This document shows, one piece after another, positions 57,218 through 64,000 of a stretch of 64,000 bases of DNA. A model generated the notes under the pieces. It did no database searches. It saw only the letters and a program-made list of their open reading frames with translations, and was not told the origin of the DNA. The stretch comes from Candidatus Omnitrophota bacterium (GTDB lineage Bacteria; Omnitrophota; Gorgyraeia; Zapsychrales; Zapsychraceae): the NCBI GenBank assembly GCA_050250375.1, contig JBFWOS010000001.1, positions 1,086,361 through 1,150,360 on the forward strand. The letters run 5' to 3'. Position 1 is the stretch's first letter. The number at the start of each line of letters is the position of its first letter. Both the position numbers and the translations under genes were made by a program.

Positions 57218-57880
57218 TTATTTTATAATTTTTTTCTTGAGTTTATCCGGTATCCCGATATCCGCCACAATGACTTTGCCCGTTTTCTGCGGACCTTCAC
57301 TCTGATAAAAACCGCACTTGGGAAAACTGAAAGTTACGGTAAGGTTCGCTTTTACACACACTCCGTGTATTTTCCCGTTCGTGCCGTCCAGTCCAGACGG
57401 GATGTCAACGGCAACAACCTTTTTTGCTTCACGGTTAATCGTTTCAATAATTCTTTTATAAGGATCGGTAATTTCGCGGTTTAATCCTACCCCGAAAATC
57501 GCATCGACCACGACATCAGCTTCTCTGATCAGAGTCAAGGAGCGTGTCGTTAGCCGTGCTGTTTCCCGGACCGGATGCTTCAACTGCCTCAGGATCCTGT
57601 AATTAACCAACGCATCCTGCTTCAGATCTGCGGAACGACCGATTAAAATTATATTTGTTTTAACCCCAGCGTTGATCAAATGCCTAGCCGTGACAAAACC
57701 GTCTCCCGCGTTATTCCCTTGGCCGCAAATGACGATGACAACAGCAGGCCGAAAATTTTTCATCACTTCTTCGTAAACCCGACGCCCCGCATTTTCCATT
57801 AAAACCAGAGAAGGGAAACCATAGTGATTAATCGCGATTTCATCCAGCTTCTGTATTTGTTTAACCGTCACCGCCTTCAT
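57218..57880 (-). CDS. nnrE: NAD(P)H-hydrate epimerase (stand-alone YjeF N domain)
   Basis: LMENAG, GQGNNAGDG, VDAIFGVG, DIPSG, DIGIP. Confidence 0.92.
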   Translation of the reverse strand: MKAVTVKQIQKLDEIAINHYGFPSLVLMENAGRRVYEEVMKNFRPAVVIVICGQGNNAGDGFVTARHLINAGVKTNIILIGRSADLKQDALVNYRILRQLKHPVRETARLTTRSLTLIREADVVVDAIFGVGLNREITDPYKRIIETINREAKKVVAVDIPSGLDGTNGKIHGVCVKANLTVTFSFPKCGFYQSEGPQKTGKVIVADIGIPDKLKKKIIK

Positions 57881-58809
57881 GACAATCCGAGAGAATCGTA
57901 TCCCAATTCCTGCAGAATGGAAATATCATCCCGCCAGCGTTTACTGACCTTGACATGTGTTTCCAGAAAAACTTTCTGCTCCAATAAGTATTCCAGGTCT
58001 GTTCTGGCCAGCATCCCGACGTTTTTCAGGGTCTGCCCGTTTTTTCCGATGACGATTTCTTTCTGTGTACTTCTTTCGACGTAAATTAATGCCTTAATAT
58101 GCATCGTATTCCCCTTGGCGGGGAGCATCTGTTCAATAAAAACCCCGATCGAATGGGGCAATTCCTCCCGCAGCGTCATGAAAAATTTCTCTCGAATGAT
58201 ATCCGCAATCGCCATCTTTTGCGGCAAATCGGTGATAATATCATCCGCGTAAAAGGCCGGACCTTCCGGCAAATATTCAAAGATAACGTCAATCAATTTA
58301 TCAACATTAATCCCTTTTTCCCCGGATAGGGCGACCAAAGAAATATTTTTCATCTCTGTAATGGGCGTGCCCACAACCTTTTCGTAAAACTGGATGTATT
58401 GATCAACGGCCGCGCTTTTAATGTCCACTTTATTGAGCCCCAGAATAACCGGCACTTTGACATCCTTGACTTTCGCGGCAATATTTTCCTCTTCTTTTCC
58501 AATCCGGCGGCTGGGATCAACCAGATAAATTAAACAATCCACCTGATCAATCGTGGAGACAGAGGCATTGTTCATATACTTATCCAGATTGTCCCCCCCG
58601 GGATGATAACCGGGCGTATCAATAAAAACGATCTGCCCGCGCTGGTCATTGTACATACCCCTGATCTGGTTACGAGTGGTCTGAGGGACCTTGGAAACAA
58701 TTGCTATTTTTTCCCCGACAATCTTATTCAGCAAGGTGGATTTACCGACATTCGGCCGCCCGACGATGGAAACCATCCCCGCCTTGGTTTTGACTTTTTT
58801 CTCTTTCAT
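57877..58809 (-). CDS. era: GTPase Era
   Basis: GRPNVGKSTL, PQTTR, DTPG, NKVD, KH domain VIGKNG. Confidence 0.97.
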   Translation of the reverse strand: MKEKKVKTKAGMVSIVGRPNVGKSTLLNKIVGEKIAIVSKVPQTTRNQIRGMYNDQRGQIVFIDTPGYHPGGDNLDKYMNNASVSTIDQVDCLIYLVDPSRRIGKEEENIAAKVKDVKVPVILGLNKVDIKSAAVDQYIQFYEKVVGTPITEMKNISLVALSGEKGINVDKLIDVIFEYLPEGPAFYADDIITDLPQKMAIADIIREKFFMTLREELPHSIGVFIEQMLPAKGNTMHIKALIYVERSTQKEIVIGKNGQTLKNVGMLARTDLEYLLEQKVFLETHVKVSKRWRDDISILQELGYDSLGLS

Positions 58810-59081
58810 TGTTTTAAACCGCCTCTGTATTTTACAGTGACAACCACGACCCCGGAAAAAAGGACCATATTGATGATACTGTATGTTTTGTAAACAAGAT
58901 CCGTTGATGTAAGCGCCGAAGGCAGCATAATGATAAAACAGGAAAAGACACCAATGGCCCAGGTCATACTGATATCTTCCGATGACTTGCGTTTAACAAT
59001 CCTGATAATCAACGGGAGGCTGAAAAACGGAAGCACAACCGCACCGATCATCCCGGAAATATAAATCCAACTAGTTCCCAT
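58806..59081 (-). CDS. PQ-loop/SemiSWEET-like three-helix membrane protein
   Basis: LPLIIRIVKRKSSEDIS motif; three TM segments. Confidence 0.7.
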   Translation of the reverse strand: MGTSWIYISGMIGAVVLPFFSLPLIIRIVKRKSSEDISMTWAIGVFSCFIIMLPSALTSTDLVYKTYSIINMVLFSGVVVVTVKYRGGLKQ

Positions 59082-59086
59082 AATAT

Positions 59087-59995
59087 TTACACCACCGGCA
59101 TAATATGTTTACACAATTCTTTTAACCGGCCGTTGACGCCGGTCATTGTCAGATCAGCGGTCTTGGCCATACCGAAACCTTCCACATTGTACGATGATAG
59201 CGTAGTCGCGTACAAAAGCGCTTTATGGAGCGCCTTCTGTGTGACCCTCCCCGTCTGGGACAAATAGCCCATTAACCCGCCGGCGAATGAATCCCCGGCC
59301 CCGGTCGGGTCAACCACGGTTTCCACAGGATAAGCCGAAAAAGCAAAATGATGCTGATCACTGTAAAACATCACGCCGTTTTCTCCCTTTTTAATGACAA
59401 CCATCCCCGGCCCCATACGGCGGATTGCCTTGGCCGCCTTATGGAGATTTGTCTCTTCCGTCAACAACTTAGCCTCGCGGTCATTCACGATCATCAGATG
59501 AACCTTCTTCATTAAATTTTTAACAGACTTGTTTTTAATATCAATCCAAAGATTCATCGTATCCATACCGATGAATTTCGGGTTGCTCATTAATTTAAGG
59601 AAACTCATCTGGATATCCGGGTCAAAATTCGCCAAAAATACATTCGGTATTTTCTTTTGTTCAGCGGCGACTTGAGGCGTGTATTGCTCCAGAACTCCCA
59701 ACACCGTCGTATGTGTGATGGCTGTGTTCAAATCTTCCTTTTTATATTCTCCCGTCCAGGAAAACGTCTTCCCGTCAGAGATGGTCACCGAATCCAGGTT
59801 AATCCCTTTTTTCTTGAAAAACTTCAGATGCTTATCAGGAAAGTCTTTTCCAATGACACTCACCAGGTTCACCGGTGTAAACAGCCGGGCACAGACAGAG
59901 AAATGACTGGCCGAACCTCCCAGAAGGGATTCCTTTTTTCCTGAAGGTGTTACAAGGTTATCTAAAGCGACTGTACCGATAGTGATTAAACTCAT
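59087..59995 (-). CDS. PfkB-family carbohydrate/nucleoside kinase
   Basis: GGSA, NDREA, DPTGAGDSFAGG. Confidence 0.93.
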   Translation of the reverse strand: MSLITIGTVALDNLVTPSGKKESLLGGSASHFSVCARLFTPVNLVSVIGKDFPDKHLKFFKKKGINLDSVTISDGKTFSWTGEYKKEDLNTAITHTTVLGVLEQYTPQVAAEQKKIPNVFLANFDPDIQMSFLKLMSNPKFIGMDTMNLWIDIKNKSVKNLMKKVHLMIVNDREAKLLTEETNLHKAAKAIRRMGPGMVVIKKGENGVMFYSDQHHFAFSAYPVETVVDPTGAGDSFAGGLMGYLSQTGRVTQKALHKALLYATTLSSYNVEGFGMAKTADLTMTGVNGRLKELCKHIMPVV

Positions 59996-60001
59996 ATTAC
60001 T

Positions 60002-60071
60002 CTCCCGTTCATTTTTCATCATTCCGTTTTGAAAGAAATGAACCTGCCTCGCTCGGCAAGGCGGGCGAGGC
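60002..60071. repeat. Dispersed hairpin leader repeat, copy 2 (23-nt GC-rich insert)
   Basis: CTCCCGTTCATTTTTC...GAAATGAA[CCTGCCTCGCTCGGCAAGGCGGG]CGAGGC. Confidence 0.78.
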
Positions 60072-60093
60072 TAGCCCTCACTAATTTTTAAAA

Positions 60094-60516
60094 TCAAGGG
60101 CTGCCGATTATTTTGATTAACACCCGTTTTTTCCGGCGGCCGTCGAATTCACCGTAGAATATTTGTTCCCAGGGGCCGAAATCCAACTTCCCGTTGGTTA
60201 CCGCAACAACCACTTCCCGCCCCATGACCTGTCTTTTCAAATGGGCATCTGCGTTGTCTTCACCGGTGTCATTGTGACGATATTGGTCAACCGGGGCATG
60301 CGGGGCCAATTTCTCAAGCCACTTGTCATAATCCTGCAATAATCCCCGTTCGTCATCATTGATATAAACGCTGGCGGAAATATGCATGGCGTTAACGAGA
60401 CACAGCCCCTCTTTGATCCCGCTTTTATCAATCGCTTTCTGAACATCCGGCGTGATATTGAGATACTCACGCCTTGTCTGCGTATTAAACCACAACTCTT
60501 CCCGGTAACTTTTCAT
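60094..60516 (-). CDS. yjbQ: YjbQ/UPF0047 family protein
   Basis: [39 protein letters not shown]; start MKSYR. Confidence 0.93.
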   Translation of the reverse strand: MKSYREELWFNTQTRREYLNITPDVQKAIDKSGIKEGLCLVNAMHISASVYINDDERGLLQDYDKWLEKLAPHAPVDQYRHNDTGEDNADAHLKRQVMGREVVVAVTNGKLDFGPWEQIFYGEFDGRRKKRVLIKIIGSP

Positions 60517-60521
60517 CTGTT

Positions 60522-60569
60522 CTCCCGTTCGTCTTTCATTATTTCCTTTTAGAAGGAAATGAACGAGGC
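60522..60569. repeat. Dispersed hairpin leader repeat, copy 3 (no insert)
   Basis: CTCCCGTTCGTCTTTC...GGAAATGAA^CGAGGC. Confidence 0.7.
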
Positions 60570-60599
60570 CCGCTTCTGGATTCAAAATCCGGAGCGGCC

Positions 60600-62351
60600 T
60601 TAAAATCCAATGTCCTGCGGCAAATCCAATTCATCTTTATGATCAATAATGTTCAAAATGAAAGCGTGATACTTTTGATCCGGCAGAACCGTTTTAATGT
60701 CTTCCCATACCTTTCGGGCGGACGGTTCATCCCCTTTCATCAGGTAAATTTGCGTCAAATAACAATACCCACGGTAGGAAGGTGTTAATTCTATACTTTT
60801 TTTAATCTGAAATAAAGCTTTATCTATATCCCCCTTCAATAAATGGATCCGGCCTAAACCCAGATGCAACATGGCATATTCCGGGTAAAAACGGATCCCT
60901 TCTTCCAGATACCGCTGCCCCTCGTCTAATTCCCGCAGTGTACATAACCCCAAAATATAATATGTCCGCGGGTCTTTTAATCCCAGCCGCATCCCCTTTA
61001 GAATAACTTCCTTGGCTTTTTCCAATTCCCCAATCCGTTGATAAGTGATCCCCATAAACAGATGACTGCTCGGATCATTCGGGTGGTTCTGGTATAAACG
61101 AAAAGCCATGATATAGTCGTGACGCCACATGGCGTTGATCTGAACTGTGATGATTCCGCTCGCTCCAATATACCCTAAAGCCAAAATGTAGATAAAATGC
61201 CGCGCCCCGGTCTTCTCATTCAGCCAACGACCTATATCCAGAATTAACCGGGCCAGGATAAAAAGAATGCCCACCGATGGCAAATACATAAAACGGTGCG
61301 CCATCGGGTTCACCAGCGGGATAATATTGGACACCGGGATCAGGGTAATCAGAAACCAGCCCGCAAAAAACTTTATTTCTTTCTGACCCGCGGCCATTTT
61401 ATAGAATAAAAAGAAACTGAGAAAAATAATTAATAAAATCAGCCAGGTGGTCGTCCCCCATGGCTGTCCGATTTGAGGCAGGTAAACCGGCGGCATGACT
61501 TTGACCAGCATCGGAATAAAAAATCCGCTCAGATAATCTCCAAAGATATGAATACAAACCGAAACATGACTTAATAGATTTCCATGAAACCAGCCGATTG
61601 ATCCGGCCGTTTTGTTCGGGAATACAATTAAATAAACGTAGAGATAGACCAAGCATATGGCGACGTATCCGATGTATCGTTTGAGGCGTTCCCCGAAATT
61701 ATCTCTTTTCTCCCCGGGATTGATCCATTGGTCATAAATCAGCAACAAGGCCGGAAAGATAATCACCGATTCTTTAGTAAATACAGCGAATAAAAAGCTG
61801 AACAACGACAACGACCCCATCATTATTTTCTTGGATTGAGAACGGAATAAGATATAAGAGACAAGGGCCGCCAACAAAAAAAAAGTGGATACCAGGTCCG
61901 CCCTGTATCCGATACTGCAGACCGCTTCACTTTTATACGGGTGCACCGCAAACAATAAAGCGGTCAAGAATGAAATGTTGCCGGCCCGGGTGATCAGAAA
62001 CACCAGCGCATAAACCGCGCAAACATTGGCCAGATGCCACAACAAATTTGTCAGGTGGTAACCGAATGGTTTTAACTGCCAAATAAAATAATCCAGAAAA
62101 TATGTCAGCGACAGAACCGGCCGGTAAGCAACCGATCCGGAAAAATAACGGCTCTTGTCCTGAACATTGAGTGCCTCAACAGAACTGGTCAAATATTTTG
62201 AGGTAAACAAATCTTTTGCGTTAGACCATGATGTATAAAAATCATTATCGATGATCAAGAAATTGTCATCCCCGACAAACCCGTTCAACAATGAATTCCC
62301 AAACACAAATACGGTTAAAGCAAATAGGATGATAATTGGTTTTCGATACAT
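60600..62351 (-). CDS. TMTC-like GT-C membrane glycosyltransferase with TPRs
   Basis: [28 protein letters not shown]...[12 protein letters not shown]-terminal TPRs. Confidence 0.8.
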   Translation of the reverse strand: MYRKPIIILFALTVFVFGNSLLNGFVGDDNFLIIDNDFYTSWSNAKDLFTSKYLTSSVEALNVQDKSRYFSGSVAYRPVLSLTYFLDYFIWQLKPFGYHLTNLLWHLANVCAVYALVFLITRAGNISFLTALLFAVHPYKSEAVCSIGYRADLVSTFFLLAALVSYILFRSQSKKIMMGSLSLFSFLFAVFTKESVIIFPALLLIYDQWINPGEKRDNFGERLKRYIGYVAICLVYLYVYLIVFPNKTAGSIGWFHGNLLSHVSVCIHIFGDYLSGFFIPMLVKVMPPVYLPQIGQPWGTTTWLILLIIFLSFFLFYKMAAGQKEIKFFAGWFLITLIPVSNIIPLVNPMAHRFMYLPSVGILFILARLILDIGRWLNEKTGARHFIYILALGYIGASGIITVQINAMWRHDYIMAFRLYQNHPNDPSSHLFMGITYQRIGELEKAKEVILKGMRLGLKDPRTYYILGLCTLRELDEGQRYLEEGIRFYPEYAMLHLGLGRIHLLKGDIDKALFQIKKSIELTPSYRGYCYLTQIYLMKGDEPSARKVWEDIKTVLPDQKYHAFILNIIDHKDELDLPQDIGF

Positions 62352-62357
62352 AAACAG

Positions 62358-62828
62358 TTAAGGTTTGGTAATGATAAAATGATAAAGAATATTACAAAGG
62401 AAAAAAGCCGTGAGAATTAATACAGCATAAAGTAAAAACTTAAACCGGGCTGATTGCCGTAGGAGGGTCAGCGCGTCATCAGCCTTGACAGAGCGGTACT
62501 TCAACCCCAGGACATAACGCACACCTGAAGGAGTTTCTTTTTTTTCATACCATGAAATCTGGGCAATCGCGTTAACGGGACGTTGCGATAATGGGAGATG
62601 AAACTTCAAGACAAGTAAAATATGCTGCTGGTTCAGATATTTGATGGTGGATTCACTCAGCGTATGGGTTTCCAGGCAAACTCCGCCCTTGCTGACATTG
62701 ACCGTGTGCCCTTTTTGACTGCCGACCCCCGGCAGGAGTATGTCCTGCTCATCCATCACGGAGAAATCAACGGGAATCTTTTGGGCAACCCTGAAATATT
62801 TTCTTTTTTCTGAAGTGACGTCGCTCAT
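62358..62828 (-). CDS. PilZ domain protein with C-terminal membrane anchor
   Basis: EKRKYFR, NVSKGG, C-terminal hydrophobic helix. Confidence 0.82.
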   Translation of the reverse strand: MSDVTSEKRKYFRVAQKIPVDFSVMDEQDILLPGVGSQKGHTVNVSKGGVCLETHTLSESTIKYLNQQHILLVLKFHLPLSQRPVNAIAQISWYEKKETPSGVRYVLGLKYRSVKADDALTLLRQSARFKFLLYAVLILTAFFLCNILYHFIITKP

Positions 62829-62839
62829 CGCATCAATTA

Positions 62840-63952
62840 TTATTTAAACTCCCTGGCAAAATTTATCCTTTTTTGGATCGGCGGATGATCATAAAAAAAT
62901 AATTCGATGAACGGGTTTGGCTGAAACTCCGACAGATTCATCCGTCCCAGCTTGTTCATCATGGTGATAAATACATTCGGCTTGCCGGTCATCTCCAAGC
63001 TGAATCGGTCGGCGGATTTTTCCAGGCGGCAACTGTACCAATTGGTGAACGGGGTGATGACTAAACCAAAAACAGAAAATGCTAAAACAAATAACGGTAA
63101 GGAGGCGATGTCATCAATTCCGTGAAAACCGAAAACACCGGATGCCCCTTTTAAAATCTTGTCAATGATATACAGACCGGAAAATATCAACCCGGCGCTG
63201 ACCATCAGCAGTTTTAAAATATCCCGGTGGCAATAATGCCCCAACTCATGCGCAACCACGGCCTCGATTTCTTCATTTTCAAATTCCGACAGCAACGTAT
63301 CACTCAGCACGACCCGGCGTGAATTTCCAAGCCCGCAGATAAAGGCGTTCGCTTTTTTAGTCTTGCTTGAAAAATCAATCGCGTAAATGTCCTTTAGGTT
63401 CGTTTTACATTCCTTAAACAGGGTATGAATACGGTGTTTGAGCGCTTCATTATCGACATTCTTATATTTATAGAACAACGGGACGATCACATTCGGCGTT
63501 AGTTTCGCCAGGACAAAACTTACAAACACCCAGAAAAAACCTGCGGCCAGCCACCAGGTATTTTCCATCCGTCCGAGAAACCAATAGACCGTACAGACCA
63601 GGACGATGGCGAGCACCAAACCCAACAAGGATTTCTTTACATCATCTTTGAACCATTGCCCAAACGTCTGGTTCGACAGCCCGAACCTGTGTTCCCAAAT
63701 ATACCCGTTTAAAAAGCTGAGAGGAAAATGGATGATATACGAAAGCGCTCCCAGCCAAACGACATAAAAAGCATTCCCCGCAACCGAAGGGCCGATAAAC
63801 GAATACGCCGCCTTCTTGATGGCAAACGTCATTCCGCTGTAAAGCAACCCCGAGAGCAAAATTATATCCAATAAAAAACCCGCAAAAAAAATCCGATATT
63901 TCATACCGTGATACTTTTGTGGGTCTTTGGTTGGATTATCCATTATTTTCAA
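62840..63952 (-). CDS. M48 (Ste24-like) zinc metallopeptidase
   Basis: KANAF...RVVLSDTL, HELGH, EKSADRF, DHPP...R; start may be ATG 63943. Confidence 0.92.
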   Translation of the reverse strand: MKIMDNPTKDPQKYHGMKYRIFFAGFLLDIILLSGLLYSGMTFAIKKAAYSFIGPSVAGNAFYVVWLGALSYIIHFPLSFLNGYIWEHRFGLSNQTFGQWFKDDVKKSLLGLVLAIVLVCTVYWFLGRMENTWWLAAGFFWVFVSFVLAKLTPNVIVPLFYKYKNVDNEALKHRIHTLFKECKTNLKDIYAIDFSSKTKKANAFICGLGNSRRVVLSDTLLSEFENEEIEAVVAHELGHYCHRDILKLLMVSAGLIFSGLYIIDKILKGASGVFGFHGIDDIASLPLFVLAFSVFGLVITPFTNWYSCRLEKSADRFSLEMTGKPNVFITMMNKLGRMNLSEFQPNPFIELFFYDHPPIQKRINFAREFK

Positions 63953-64000
63953 CAGGGGCCGTTCGTTTCTTGTACAATGTCGTAAAATATTTCTGAAAAC

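Noticed and set aside
52834-60569. Integron attC sites
   Set aside because: The ends read GTT...AAC rather than RYYYAAC...GTTRRRY, the flanking genes are housekeeping, and no integrase is present.
1-64000. tRNA, rRNA, IS transposase, reverse transcriptase/DGR
   Set aside because: None recognised by eye, and intergenic spaces are short; tRNAscan-SE and ISEScan would be needed to exclude them formally.

Overview
Bacterial chromosomal window with almost every gene on the minus strand. Gene content (a 'TYYPSP' secreted protein, several PilZ proteins, SGNH-TPR proteins, many GT-C enzymes) suggests a Ca. Omnitrophota/PVC-type organism; this is inference. Four blocks: (1) 1-4231: sugar ABC substrate-binding protein (missed by the ORF track), a GH94 phosphorylase and two PilZ proteins. 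(2) 4475-38284: a ~34 kb co-oriented tailoring cluster with 5 B12-type radical SAM enzymes, 2 twitch/SPASM radical SAM paralogs, a PP-loop ATPase plus cysteine desulfurase, a DegT aminotransferase, an SDR, 4 SGNH-TPR proteins, DUF5989, GT2, GT9 and ~6 GT-C membrane glycosyltransferases. (3) 38356-46300: a surface-structure locus headed by an unannotated c-di-GMP-I riboswitch with terminator. It encodes an S74-chaperone trimeric fibre, a 1420-aa protein with 17 six-Cys repeats, an Flp-type prepilin fused to Cys-rich modules, and three paralogous small secreted peptides with odd Cys counts. (4) 46458-64000: mostly housekeeping genes (mnmE, folC, purH, pfpI, rpsU, P-II with a short T-loop, kamA plus ATP-grasp, mgtE, nth, nnrE, era, PfkB, yjbQ, TMTC-like, PilZ, M48), with a three-copy hairpin leader repeat. 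The best candidate for an undescribed system is blocks 2+3: a disulfide-rich surface fibre/adhesion apparatus, at least partly c-di-GMP-gated, next to an unusually large radical-SAM/sulfur/glycosyl tailoring cluster. No tRNA, rRNA, CRISPR or transposase was seen. All family calls come from motifs read by eye, with no database searches.
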